Translations under genes and position numbers: made by a program
Notes under the pieces: model-generated
The model's input: the letters and a program-made list of their open reading frames with translations, nothing else
Databases searched by the model: none
Told to the model about the DNA's origin: nothing
Part shown: positions 46,669 to 56,959 of the stretch, piece by piece
Numbering within the stretch: position 1 is the first letter of the stretch
Layout: every line of letters begins with the position of its first letter
DNA from: Candidatus Levybacteria bacterium RIFCSPHIGHO2_01_FULL_37_17
GTDB lineage: Bacteria > Patescibacteriota > Microgenomatia > Levybacterales > UBA12049
DNA length: 64,000 nt
Assembly: GCA_001782035.1 (NCBI GenBank)
Contig: MFNL01000001.1
Span: 84,078 to 148,077, forward strand
Direction of reading: 5' to 3'

Positions 46669-47277
46669 ATGAATTGGAATGAATTGGTTTCAAAAGAAAT
46701 AGTAGAACAAATAATAAAAAAACTTGAAGAACGGGGGATTACAGCTTTTTATGTTCAAGCCGGTCAAGATGCAAAGCAAAAAGCACTAGATTTAATTCCG
46801 AAAGGCTCTCAAGTTTTAGTTTCAACCTCCGTAACAGCCGAGCAAATTGGATTAAAAGAGGAAATAGATAATTCAGATAAGTTCCATTCAGTTAGAAAAG
46901 AATATATGGCTCTTGATCACGATAAAGAAAGAGATGAAATAAGAAAGTTAAGATCTACACCCGATGTTATCATAGGAAGCGTTCATGCAGTTACAAAGGA
47001 AGGTGAAGTTATTATAGCCTCAAACACAGGCTCCCAACTAGCTGGTTACGTTTCAGGAGCCGGTAAAGTTATTTGGATAGTTGGTGCGCAAAAAGTAGTT
47101 GAAAATCTAGACGAAGCATATAAAAGATTGCACGAATATGTTGTACCGAAAGAAGAAAAACATATGCAGGACTTATACGGGGTAGGAACAAACGTAAGCA
47201 AGCTTCTTCTTTTTAATAAAGAAAAAATACAAAATAGAGTGTTTCTTATTTTTGTAAACGAAGTATTAGGATTTTAA
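46669..47277 (+). CDS. LUD-domain (LutC/YkgG-like, DUF162) protein
   Basis: 202 aa. The VLVSTSVTAEQIGL...IGSVHAVTKEGEVIIASNTGSQLA pattern is typical of the LUD family. Confidence 0.5.
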   Translation: MNWNELVSKEIVEQIIKKLEERGITAFYVQAGQDAKQKALDLIPKGSQVLVSTSVTAEQIGLKEEIDNSDKFHSVRKEYMALDHDKERDEIRKLRSTPDVIIGSVHAVTKEGEVIIASNTGSQLAGYVSGAGKVIWIVGAQKVVENLDEAYKRLHEYVVPKEEKHMQDLYGVGTNVSKLLLFNKEKIQNRVFLIFVNEVLGF

Positions 47278-47317
47278 CTATTTTGACATTATCCCGTTTT
47301 AATATTATCATTTTGAT

Positions 47318-47800
47318 ATGAATATCCTTATTTATCAAATTTCAAAACTTTTACCCGAAAACAAGGCTCATGCTCACTGCGATATCCCTTGTGGGATTTA
47401 TGATCCTCACATGGCACAAATGGCAGCTCATACAGTTTTGCGAATGACTCAGCTTCTTACCCAAATTAAAGGAGAATCACTTGAGTCGCAGCACACTATT
47501 GCAAGAGTCACAGATGTAAAAGAAGAGCATGGAGAGTTAGTAGAAGATGAACTTGGGACATTAGAAAATGATTATTTTAAAGAAGAACATTTCGAAAATT
47601 TTCCTAAATTAAAAGAATTAATAAGCAAAGCCGTAAAATTATCAATAACAACAAGACAAAATATAGACGAAAATTCAGCTAAAGATCTGGTAGAGTCGGT
47701 TTTGCAAATCTCTGAAATATTTTTCAAAACAAAAGGTGCGACCCCAGTAAGAGTAAAGTCTGTTTATCCCACCGAGGGCGAAATTGTAACCCACAAATAA
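47318..47800 (+). CDS. sodN: nickel-containing superoxide dismutase precursor
   Basis: Pro-peptide ends ...KAHA, followed by the Ni-hook HCDIPCGIYDP. A ~140-aa four-helix body follows. Confidence 0.8.
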   Translation: MNILIYQISKLLPENKAHAHCDIPCGIYDPHMAQMAAHTVLRMTQLLTQIKGESLESQHTIARVTDVKEEHGELVEDELGTLENDYFKEEHFENFPKLKELISKAVKLSITTRQNIDENSAKDLVESVLQISEIFFKTKGATPVRVKSVYPTEGEIVTHK

Positions 47801-48087
47801 TGTTTTTGCTTTCTAAATTTAAAATAAGAGGCCATTCAATGGAGCCCCTATTTAAAGATGGGGAAAAAGCATTAGCAAGTTTTATCCCGTACTTGATTTC
47901 TAAACCAAAAGTTAAGGATGTCGTAATTTTTAAAGTGAAAGGAAAGTATTTTGTAAAAAGAGTTAGAGATATAAAGAACGGAAAATATTTCGTTGAGGGA
48001 GATAATAAAAAAGATAGTTTAGACAGTAAAAATCTCGGAAAAATATCTAATCAGGAAATCGTCGCAAAGGTAATTTACAAGCTTTAA
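47800..48087 (+). CDS. sodX: NiSOD maturation endopeptidase (S26 signal-peptidase-like)
   Basis: 95 aa with the GHSMEP Ser motif and a catalytic Lys region. Immediately downstream of sodN and start-stop coupled to it. Confidence 0.65.
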   Translation: MFLLSKFKIRGHSMEPLFKDGEKALASFIPYLISKPKVKDVVIFKVKGKYFVKRVRDIKNGKYFVEGDNKKDSLDSKNLGKISNQEIVAKVIYKL

Positions 48088-48593
48088 TGGAATTTATTTT
48101 GATTATTGGGGTCATTTTTATTTTACTGGTACTTCTTTCTTTTGTATGGCCACCTGATAGTCCTTGGGCACCATGGTGGAGAACCTCCAAAGAGGTTGCA
48201 AGAAAAATTTGTAAATTATCCAAAGTTGGCAGTAGTGATATAATTTATGACTTAGGATCTGGGGATGGTACTGCTTTAATAGTTGCAGCAAAAGAATTTG
48301 GTGCAACAGGAGTAGGTATTGAAATTGATCCGGGACGAGCTTTTATATCAAAGATGCTAGTTGCTAAAAATAAGGTTTCTAGAAAAGTTAGAATAGAAAG
48401 GAAAAACTTTTTCGATGTTAATCTTTCAGATGCAAGCGTAATTTTTTTATATTTGGTTCCAAAAACATTAGAAAAGCTAATACCAAAGTTTCGGAAAGAA
48501 TTAAAAAAAGGAACGAAAATAGTAAGCTATAGATATAAGATGGATTTAGAGTTAATTGGTAACTCTGAAGATTTATACCTTTATACTATTTAA
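48087..48593 (+). CDS. class I SAM-dependent methyltransferase
   Basis: DLGSGDGTALIVAAKEFGATGVGIEID motif I / post-I. Confidence 0.7.
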   Translation: MEFILIIGVIFILLVLLSFVWPPDSPWAPWWRTSKEVARKICKLSKVGSSDIIYDLGSGDGTALIVAAKEFGATGVGIEIDPGRAFISKMLVAKNKVSRKVRIERKNFFDVNLSDASVIFLYLVPKTLEKLIPKFRKELKKGTKIVSYRYKMDLELIGNSEDLYLYTI

Positions 48594-49539
48594 ATCTAAG
48601 AACAAACCAGCGTATTTTATCCGCGATTTTATACACAGTATACATAAAGGGATTTATAACTAAATCATAACTGCCGACAAATTCTATCAACCGCGCTCCA
48701 TAACCCTGTTTAAATTTGTGAAAACCAAACCAAGGGTCGTTAGGATTTGGATTTTCTCCTAAAGACCCCCACATGTCAAACTTTTTCAAACCCATAATTT
48801 GCCCAAATTTAATTGCCTCCCACATCATTAAATTTGAAGCCATGGTCTCTTTATATTTTGTGCTGGATGCACCATAGGGATAGTAAATGGTATCGCCTAA
48901 AACAAATAATATCCATGCAACAAGTGTCTCTCCTTTATAAGTCGCTTTTAACAAATGCGCTGTGAGCTCTTCTGAGTTTGAATTTTGTAACCTGCTGTTT
49001 TTACGTAATGTTTCCCACATTAGTCTGTGGTATTTTTCGGAATGAGCATAAAATTTTTGTCTCTGGGTCGTCTCTTTTAAAAGCCTTAAATATTGCTCGA
49101 ATGCCTTATCTGAATTATCTTCTTTAACTATTACTCCTTTTCTTTGTGAAAGTCTGATATTGTATCTAGTTTTTTGGTCCATATTTTTAAGCAGTTCTTC
49201 CTCGTCCTTATCTATATCTAGAATGAAAGTATATTTTGTAAACAATGGATGTGCAGAAGGTATTAATCCAAGCGTTTTGAATTCCATTTCAAGGCCATTT
49301 TTTTTCTCAATCCTTGGCTCAAGTTGTATAAAAATACATTTTTGTTCTAATGCGATTTTTTTTAACTCTTCTAGCACTTCTTTAGATGGCATGTTTCCTT
49401 TTGGAAGATATCCTATTTTGTATTTTGTGTAGGGAAGTGGATGAAGCGATAAAACGAAATCGCCTTTTTTAATAACTTTAACTCCCGTTTTTTCTCTAAA
49501 TTCCGCCCACCTTCCTGATTGTAAAGGGTGCCTTTTCAT
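48586..49539 (-). CDS. FemAB-family peptidoglycan aminoacyltransferase
   Basis: 317 aa with the FemX-like overall pattern. Its start overlaps the pcrA stop. Confidence 0.5.
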   Translation of the reverse strand: MKRHPLQSGRWAEFREKTGVKVIKKGDFVLSLHPLPYTKYKIGYLPKGNMPSKEVLEELKKIALEQKCIFIQLEPRIEKKNGLEMEFKTLGLIPSAHPLFTKYTFILDIDKDEEELLKNMDQKTRYNIRLSQRKGVIVKEDNSDKAFEQYLRLLKETTQRQKFYAHSEKYHRLMWETLRKNSRLQNSNSEELTAHLLKATYKGETLVAWILFVLGDTIYYPYGASSTKYKETMASNLMMWEAIKFGQIMGLKKFDMWGSLGENPNPNDPWFGFHKFKQGYGARLIEFVGSYDLVINPFMYTVYKIADKIRWFVLRFK

Positions 49540-51407
49540 AAAAACTCCGGAATATCCTCAATTCTTGAAAGATTTTTCTCCAATATCCCTTCAGGCAATT
49601 CTAATACAAATCTTGAGACAATATTTGAATTTTTCTGTCCAAAAAAGAGTCTTCTTCTTGCAAATGTTAGAAAAAGTATTTGTCTTGCCCTTGTCATCCC
49701 AACATAGCAGAGCCTACGTTCTTCTTCAAGTTCATTTTTCTCCATAAGGCTTCTTGAATGCGGAAAAAGACCTTCTTCCATTCCTACCATAAAAACAACA
49801 CTAAATTCCAATCCCTTTGCAGCATGGAATGTCATTAAGTTAACTGCGTCTTTTTTCCCCACCTCATCCTTTACATGGTCCGGCATATATTCCTGTTCGA
49901 CAAGCGACACATTTTCTAAAAAATTGTCTAATTGAGGAAAGGTTAAGGCAACAGAGCGCAATTCTTTTAAATTTTCCAACCTTACTCTATCCTCCTCGTC
50001 TCTTTCATCATAAAGCATTAGATATTCGGTAGCCTTTAAAACGTCATCCATTAATTTTAAGGTTTCAGTTCGAGACAAGTGTTTATCTATTACACGTTCT
50101 TGAAATTCAAGAAATTTCTCAAATCTTTTTTTTCCAAGTTTCTCTAGTCTTTTAAGTGATACTTTGTCTTTTGGGTTAGAAATTATTCGAAGATATGCAA
50201 GCACATCTTTTATTTCCTTTCTTTCGTAGAATCTCGTACCGCCTATAAGTATGTAAGGGATGCTTTTATGAATAAATACCTCTTCGATGCTTCTAGATTG
50301 GGCATTGGTTCTATAAAGAACCGCAAAATCGTAAAATTTCAAATCTTTATTTTGGTATTTGATTTCCTCAATTTGGTTTACCATAAATTCTGCTTCTTCT
50401 TGCTCATTTATTGCTTCATGTATAAAAAGATCTTGGCCTTTTTCATTTTCCGTCCAAAGGGACAGAATTGGATGCGTGCTATTTTTAGAAATTACACTGG
50501 ATGCTGCGTCCAAGATATTTTGTGTAGAACGATAGTTTTGTGAAAGAGAAAAAGTTTTAACATTTTCAAAATCCTCTTTAAATTTTGATAAATTTTGGAA
50601 ATCTGCACCCCTAAAGCTATAAATACTTTGAGAAAAATCTCCAACAACACAAATATTATTCCACTTTTGGGAAAGTAATTTAGCAAGAAGATATTGTGAA
50701 TGATTGGTATCCTGATACTCGTCAACCATTATATACTTAAATTTGTTTTGATATTTTTCCAGAGTTTTAGGACTTGCTTTGAAGAGCTCAACGGTTTTTA
50801 AAATTAGGTCATCAAAATCTAGCGCACCATTTTCCTTCAACAGTTTTTGATAAACAATATAAGCTCTTGCAGCAACCTCCTGATAATGGCCTTTTGCATA
50901 TTGGGGGTAATTTTTCTCATCTATTAATTGATTTTTAGCCTGAGAAATTATTGTAAGAATGCTAGAGGGCTTATATTCCTTAGGAGATAAGCCCAATAAG
51001 CTAAATGCTTCTTTTATTGCCTCTTTTTGATCTTCGGTGTCATAAATTAGAAAATTTTTATTAATTCCAATTGTTTCTCCATCTATTCTTAATATTTTTG
51101 CACAAAGAGCATGAAAGGTTGCAATTGTAGGCATGTCGGAAAAACTTAGGCCCCCCCTTTTTAGAATTTTTTGTACCCTCTCTTTCATTTCGTTAGCAGC
51201 CTTGTTCGTAAAAGTCACCATCAAAATATTAAAAGGAGATATGCCATTTGCAATTAGATTAACAACCCGATAAGTTAAGACTCTTGTCTTGCCAGATCCT
51301 GCTCCCGCCAAAATAATAATAGGGCCATTCAGCTGCTTAACGGCCGCAAATTGTTCCTTGTTAAGTTCCTTGAGAAAGTCTGACCTCATACCGTATAATA
51401 ATACCAT
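49536..51407 (-). CDS. pcrA: ATP-dependent DNA helicase PcrA/UvrD
   Basis: GAGSGKTRVLTYRV Walker A, DEYQDTN, and helicase motifs IV-VI. Confidence 0.85.
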   Translation of the reverse strand: MVLLYGMRSDFLKELNKEQFAAVKQLNGPIIILAGAGSGKTRVLTYRVVNLIANGISPFNILMVTFTNKAANEMKERVQKILKRGGLSFSDMPTIATFHALCAKILRIDGETIGINKNFLIYDTEDQKEAIKEAFSLLGLSPKEYKPSSILTIISQAKNQLIDEKNYPQYAKGHYQEVAARAYIVYQKLLKENGALDFDDLILKTVELFKASPKTLEKYQNKFKYIMVDEYQDTNHSQYLLAKLLSQKWNNICVVGDFSQSIYSFRGADFQNLSKFKEDFENVKTFSLSQNYRSTQNILDAASSVISKNSTHPILSLWTENEKGQDLFIHEAINEQEEAEFMVNQIEEIKYQNKDLKFYDFAVLYRTNAQSRSIEEVFIHKSIPYILIGGTRFYERKEIKDVLAYLRIISNPKDKVSLKRLEKLGKKRFEKFLEFQERVIDKHLSRTETLKLMDDVLKATEYLMLYDERDEEDRVRLENLKELRSVALTFPQLDNFLENVSLVEQEYMPDHVKDEVGKKDAVNLMTFHAAKGLEFSVVFMVGMEEGLFPHSRSLMEKNELEEERRLCYVGMTRARQILFLTFARRRLFFGQKNSNIVSRFVLELPEGILEKNLSRIEDIPEFL

Positions 51408-51408
51408 C

Positions 51409-52089
51409 GTGCAAGACGTGACTCAAGGAAAAATACTCTACATCGTAGCCAATTTCAAGTCCAATAAAACCGAAGATGAGGCAAAAAATTGGCTTGATAA
51501 CTTTAAAAACTACAAAGGAGAAAATGCAAAACAAATAATTCTTTGCCCGCCATTTACCTTACTTCCAACATTCAAAAACTTCATAAAAATTAATTCTTTG
51601 CAAATTTCGCTGGGCGCCCAAAATGTTTCCCAATTCGATGAAGGCCCATACACAGGAGAGGAAAATGCAAAACAAATAAAAGAGTTTGCAGACTATGTGT
51701 TAATAGGGCATAGCGAAAGGAGGAATTTGTTAAACGAAACTGATGAAATGATTTCTGAAAAAGTTAGAAATTCTATCTCTAATGAATTAATACCAATATT
51801 TTTTGTCCAAACTCCTGATAGAGCAATTCCTTCAGGAGTTGAGCTCGTAGTTTACGAACCACCGAGTTCTATCAGTGGTGCAAGTGGAGGCATTGCCGAC
51901 GATATTGATGACGTTTTGAAAGCTGCGGAAAAAATAAAAGTAGCAGGACAGTATCAGGTGCTTTATGGTGGAAGTGTTAATCCAGCAAATGTTAATGATT
52001 TTACTTCAAGAACCCAAATAAGTGGTGTGGTTGTAGGAAAGGAAAGTCTTGAGGCAGACGAATTCATCAGGGTTATAGAAAATGCTTAA
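51409..52089 (+). CDS. tpiA: triosephosphate isomerase (probable GTG start; TATAAT 9 nt upstream)
   Basis: ANFKSN, GAQNVS...GPYTGE and LIGHSERR motifs. The track ORF starts at 51289, inside pcrA. Confidence 0.8.
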   Translation: MQDVTQGKILYIVANFKSNKTEDEAKNWLDNFKNYKGENAKQIILCPPFTLLPTFKNFIKINSLQISLGAQNVSQFDEGPYTGEENAKQIKEFADYVLIGHSERRNLLNETDEMISEKVRNSISNELIPIFFVQTPDRAIPSGVELVVYEPPSSISGASGGIADDIDDVLKAAEKIKVAGQYQVLYGGSVNPANVNDFTSRTQISGVVVGKESLEADEFIRVIENA

Positions 52090-53200
52090 GAGAAAAACCG
52101 GCTTTATTATTGCGGGAATTTTGGCTATTGTCGTTTTACTTTTTATAGTAAAAACCGCTAACTTTTACCCTTTTCTTTTCAACCTCTTTTTCAATAGAGA
52201 AATAAACCTTACACAAGTCAGTCCCAACAAAGTCAATATTTTAATCTTAGGAATTGGCGGCGGTAAACATGAGGGACCTCTTTTAACGGATACAATAATG
52301 CTGGCAAGTATAGATGAGGGGAAAAATAAAGCTACACTTACTTCATTGCCGCGCGACTTATGGATACCCGAACTTTCAGGTAGTAATAAAAAAATAAATA
52401 CCGCATATGCATACGGGGAATCTAAAAGGCAAGGAGGGGGATTAAAGCTTATGGAAGCAGTTGTAAGAAAAGTTACCGGTCAGCCTATCGACTATGGAAT
52501 AAGAATCGATTTCTCAGGTTTTGTTAAAGCAGTTGATATTGTAGGGGGCTTAGATATAGAAGTTGATAATAATCTTGATGATTATCTTTATCCAATTGGT
52601 GGCAAAGAAGACAATCCCTGCGGTCTTTCCGATGAACAAATAAAAGAGTTCATAGCGACAGGGCCCGCAGAGCTTGAAATAGCAGAAAAGTTTTCTTGCA
52701 GGTATGTTCATTTGCATTTTGACAAAGGTTTAACACATATGGATGGCGAAACAGCCTTAAAATTTGTGCGCTCAAGACACGCCTTGGGAGGTGAGGGGAG
52801 CGATTTTGCACGAAGTAAAAGACAGCAAAAAGTAATTTCGGCTTTTAGAGATAAAATATTATCTCCACAAACTCTTGCCAATCCGGTTACTCTAATAAAC
52901 TTATACAATACTGTTAAATCTAGTATAGATACCGATATTAAATACGACGAATTAGATGATTTTCTGAAGCTGGCGTCAAAAATGAATAAGGCGAAAATAG
53001 AGAGCGTTGTAATTGATTATGGAGATGAACAAAATGCAAGAAATGGGCTCTTGATTGAACCCCCGCTTTCCGAAGAATACAATTATTTATCGGTTTTAAT
53101 ACCTAGAATTGGAAACGGGGATTTTTCAGAAATTTCAAATTATGTCAACTGTGAATTGGAACAAGGAAATTGCAAAGTTACCCCAACCCCTAAAAACTAA
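52082..53200 (+). CDS. LytR-CpsA-Psr (LCP) family cell-envelope phosphotransferase
   Basis: N-terminal TM, then NILILGIGGG...PLLTDTIMLASID, an LCP signature. Confidence 0.75.
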   Translation: MLKRKTGFIIAGILAIVVLLFIVKTANFYPFLFNLFFNREINLTQVSPNKVNILILGIGGGKHEGPLLTDTIMLASIDEGKNKATLTSLPRDLWIPELSGSNKKINTAYAYGESKRQGGGLKLMEAVVRKVTGQPIDYGIRIDFSGFVKAVDIVGGLDIEVDNNLDDYLYPIGGKEDNPCGLSDEQIKEFIATGPAELEIAEKFSCRYVHLHFDKGLTHMDGETALKFVRSRHALGGEGSDFARSKRQQKVISAFRDKILSPQTLANPVTLINLYNTVKSSIDTDIKYDELDDFLKLASKMNKAKIESVVIDYGDEQNARNGLLIEPPLSEEYNYLSVLIPRIGNGDFSEISNYVNCELEQGNCKVTPTPKN

Positions 53201-55325
53201 CTTTATATAATTTTGACCCCCCAAAATTAAAAACTATCTCTCCTAGTTTTTTAAATTTTTCCTCTTTTAGGCTTGGATATTTTTCTTTTTCAAGTTGGGA
53301 GACAACGACATATGATATGTTGTATTTTTTAATTAAGTTTTTTGTAACGTTTAAATCCTCTGTTATATAAATAGTTTCAACATCTTTTATTCTTGGAGCC
53401 ACTACGTCATATGTTCCCCTCCATAACCATTCATGAACCGGCCAGCCAACAACTGTTGGAAGACCGGTGTTTGCCGAAATTCGGGCGTAATCGGTATACG
53501 AATCCCCATTTGCCTCTAAAATTATCGGCTGTCCTTTTACATTTTTTCCCAGCCATTTTATTATTTGGTAGTCCTGAGGATGTGTTTTTTCCAAATAGGC
53601 TAACCCATCAAGCCCTTGATATTTTCTAAAATCAGCGTAAAAAGAATTTATAGCAAATATACTGTAGGATAGAACCATATAAATAAGAATAAATGAAGGA
53701 ATAAAAAATAATATAATTTCCCTTTTCGTTTTTAAATTAGTTAAAATCCGAAAAACAATATAACCACAAGATACTGATAACATGATAAAAGCTTCGTAAG
53801 AGAGCTTAAACATTGTATTAGCTCTGTAATGAGCTGGATAAATGTCCTTTAAGTAAATAAATTCAGGAATTATCAAAAGAATGGTCGAGAGAATAATAAG
53901 CAGCGATACAAATTTATCAGCTAAGTATATTTTGCCCTTATTTACTCTTAAAAAAATAATGAAAAAAATTACAAAGAAATAAAAAAATCCATATAAAACC
54001 ATAAGTTGCCAAACTGGAGATCTTTGACAATGCTGCGCTTCAAATAAAAATGGTCCAATTTTTCCAAGAGAAGTTAGCAGTTCTGGCGCACATAAAACCC
54101 CAATACCCGAAGCAAAAGGCTTAAAGTGAATACTGAAAGGCAAGGAAAATATAACAAAGCTAAAAAAAACAACACCTATTTTGTAAATGATATTCAGCAA
54201 TCCTTTTTTTCGAAAGAGAAATATCAAAATAAAAACCGTAAGTAAAAAATATATCAAACCGTCCCAGGCATTTGTCATGTACATAACTGCAATAAGAAAA
54301 CCGATAAAGATAAAAAATAAAAATTCAAAATTTATAATGATTTTCCCTAATTTAAATATAATTTGTGAAAAAGTTTGATGACCGCCAAATCTATAAAAGA
54401 AAGAAAAAAGAATAGCAATGGTTAAAACAACGAATGGAATATCAAGTACATGTCCATGTAAATCTGATACAACAAAAGAATACATTGGGAATTCGTGAAT
54501 TGTGTACTCAATAAATCTGGTAGCATTCGGATACCAGTAATCATTAGGAAAATTAAAAAGTTGAAATGGCAAAGTCCAAAACGGAACAGGTTTATCCAGA
54601 GGCATATATGCTTTGAAGAAAGTATATATAGTAGTTAGGTTTCCTCCAAATGTTACTAATGTTGCAGAAAGAAGTCCGGCAAAAGTCGCTTTAATACCTA
54701 TTTTGATATGTGCAAATAAGTTCATGACTAAAGAAAATACTGTTGCAAAAGTTAACGAAAAAAGCGTTGCAAGCATAAGATTATATCCAATAAAAGCGGG
54801 TATATTGGACGCTTTTATAATTACAGCTGTGACCAAATGCCCGAAATAATAGTAATTTATTGGAAGAGGTGGATACCACATATCCAAGGGGGGGAAGTAG
54901 GTGCTCCGTAAAATTGAATTTATAAATCCGAAGTCCATAAATTTTTCAAGCCCATTTATGTCAGGCAAATTCCCCCTGACGAATGCCCAACAAGCAAGTC
55001 CTGCAAAAAATAAAAGTTCTTCAAATACTATTAATTTTAAATTTTGTTTAACAAGTTTAATAAGATTTATTTTTTTAGCAATATAAATGTTCAAAATTAG
55101 AAATATAAAGGTGATCGTCAAAATTTCAAAAAAAGAAAAAGGAAAGAGTTTTAACGAAGAAGTTATAAATACCGCATAAGAAATACAAGCGAGTGCCATT
55201 ACTTTTGAAAAGATGTATCCTTTATCTTTAAAATTTCTAAACAGGATAAAGGTAAGTGGTAAAAATATTGTACCCCCCAAAAAAATAGTTAACCACCATT
55301 GAGAAATGTATAAACTATCAATCAT
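53190..55325 (-). CDS. large polytopic membrane protein, GT-C-type glycosyltransferase-like (DUF2298/PMT-like)
   Basis: 711 aa, more than 12 TM helices, with a C-terminal soluble domain. Confidence 0.45.
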   Translation of the reverse strand: MIDSLYISQWWLTIFLGGTIFLPLTFILFRNFKDKGYIFSKVMALACISYAVFITSSLKLFPFSFFEILTITFIFLILNIYIAKKINLIKLVKQNLKLIVFEELLFFAGLACWAFVRGNLPDINGLEKFMDFGFINSILRSTYFPPLDMWYPPLPINYYYFGHLVTAVIIKASNIPAFIGYNLMLATLFSLTFATVFSLVMNLFAHIKIGIKATFAGLLSATLVTFGGNLTTIYTFFKAYMPLDKPVPFWTLPFQLFNFPNDYWYPNATRFIEYTIHEFPMYSFVVSDLHGHVLDIPFVVLTIAILFSFFYRFGGHQTFSQIIFKLGKIIINFEFLFFIFIGFLIAVMYMTNAWDGLIYFLLTVFILIFLFRKKGLLNIIYKIGVVFFSFVIFSLPFSIHFKPFASGIGVLCAPELLTSLGKIGPFLFEAQHCQRSPVWQLMVLYGFFYFFVIFFIIFLRVNKGKIYLADKFVSLLIILSTILLIIPEFIYLKDIYPAHYRANTMFKLSYEAFIMLSVSCGYIVFRILTNLKTKREIILFFIPSFILIYMVLSYSIFAINSFYADFRKYQGLDGLAYLEKTHPQDYQIIKWLGKNVKGQPIILEANGDSYTDYARISANTGLPTVVGWPVHEWLWRGTYDVVAPRIKDVETIYITEDLNVTKNLIKKYNISYVVVSQLEKEKYPSLKEEKFKKLGEIVFNFGGSKLYKVSF

Positions 55326-56959
55326 AAACTAGATTCACACGATTTTAAATTAAATATATAATATCCGACACTTTCGTTGGTATATAATCTTTCAAAATTG
55401 TTTTCAAAAAAACTTTTATTAATTAAAACTTCTCGAGAATTATTTATTTCTACAAAATTCAAGGCATTATCTCTTACGCTTTCACAAAAAAAGGATAGAC
55501 TAGTTGTATTTAAAAGTTCTTTTCTAAGATTATCTCTTGCTAATGTATCATACCCCTGACTCCATGCGAAATATGGCCAACCAAGGAATATTTTACGACC
55601 GGCAACAGAGGCCTTATCCATAAAAAATTGAGTGTTGAGAAATATGGAATTTGGTGGGGTATTTTTAGTAATCCATTGGACATCCGGGTCGCTTTTGTCA
55701 GCAAGCGCAATTTTACCGTCGTTAAAGATTGGAAAAAAATCTATAACTCCGGAGAAAATTAAAAGGAAGAATAAAATAACTACAACCGGTTTTAACACAT
55801 CTTTTCTCTTCCAAAGTTCAACCAGAGCATAAGCACTAAACATGCTACCCACAATTAAAAAATAATTAAAAAATTTATGGTTGGCCGCAATCTCCGGAGA
55901 AAACTGTATTAAGTTTCCTATTACAAATAAAAGAAAAAAGGAAATAAAAATTTTCTTGTTAAACTTAGCTGCAAGAAAAAATCCGATGGGAATTAATATA
56001 AGATGAAATCCTAAATTCATCCACCAATAATTCAAAAAGTTCACGAAATTTAACTGTTCAACAAGATAACCGGGATGAAAGTTAAATTGATAATTAGAAG
56101 GAATACTATTCATATATTTATATAAAGGAAAAGAAACAATTGCGGAAAAAACAAGTGTTATAAAAATAAATAAACGCTCCTTCTTTAAAAATACAAAAAA
56201 AGAAAAAAGGACCACAAATGTCATAAGAAAAACCGCCATATTTAAAATGAAGGAAATACCAAGAGATATTCCTATCAGGATTGAAGTTAGAATCGCTTTC
56301 TTTTTATCCGAGAAGGTTTCCAAATTTAAAAACAAATAAAGTATAAAAAGAGATAACGCAAAAGAAAGAGCAAGGTGTCTTTGGTTTGTATAAATATTCA
56401 AATTCCAAAAAGCAGAAACAATGCTTGTATGATCATAAGGACCGAAAGAAGGAAAGGAGTTATTAGAAAGTATTCCTAATAAAGTACTTTGTGAGATGGG
56501 ATGTTCGGAAAAATATTTTATAAAACTTAAAGATCCATTAAAAAGGAAAAAAATTACACTTAAAATTGCAACAGCCGTTGATTTAAAAATCTTTTTTGCA
56601 AAAATATAAATCATTATAAATAGCAAGGAGAATCCAAATATCGAAGGGATGTTTAAGGCATAGTCAATGGGAAGACCAATTCTTTCCAGTATTCCTGCAA
56701 ATGTATAAAAAAGGAAGTGATATTTAATGGGTTGACCGGAAAACAAAGGATATTCTGGAGGAAAATTATTTCCCAATGAAAAACTTCTAATTAATGGTAT
56801 ATGACTTCCGAAATCACTCCAGGCTTTAGAGGCTATTAACATGTTTCCATTTGCGTAAGAAAAAGTTGAAAACATGAGCCAAGAGGAAAAAATAATTGAA
56901 AATAAAATTAAGATGATCTCGAATTTATATTTCTTAGATAAGTTGATCAAGTTATGCAT
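55322..56959 (-). CDS. large polytopic membrane protein, GT-C-type glycosyltransferase-like
   Basis: 545 aa, more than 10 TM helices. Overlaps the upstream gene by 4 nt. Confidence 0.45.
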   Translation of the reverse strand: MHNLINLSKKYKFEIILILFSIIFSSWLMFSTFSYANGNMLIASKAWSDFGSHIPLIRSFSLGNNFPPEYPLFSGQPIKYHFLFYTFAGILERIGLPIDYALNIPSIFGFSLLFIMIYIFAKKIFKSTAVAILSVIFFLFNGSLSFIKYFSEHPISQSTLLGILSNNSFPSFGPYDHTSIVSAFWNLNIYTNQRHLALSFALSLFILYLFLNLETFSDKKKAILTSILIGISLGISFILNMAVFLMTFVVLFSFFVFLKKERLFIFITLVFSAIVSFPLYKYMNSIPSNYQFNFHPGYLVEQLNFVNFLNYWWMNLGFHLILIPIGFFLAAKFNKKIFISFFLLFVIGNLIQFSPEIAANHKFFNYFLIVGSMFSAYALVELWKRKDVLKPVVVILFFLLIFSGVIDFFPIFNDGKIALADKSDPDVQWITKNTPPNSIFLNTQFFMDKASVAGRKIFLGWPYFAWSQGYDTLARDNLRKELLNTTSLSFFCESVRDNALNFVEINNSREVLINKSFFENNFERLYTNESVGYYIFNLKSCESSL

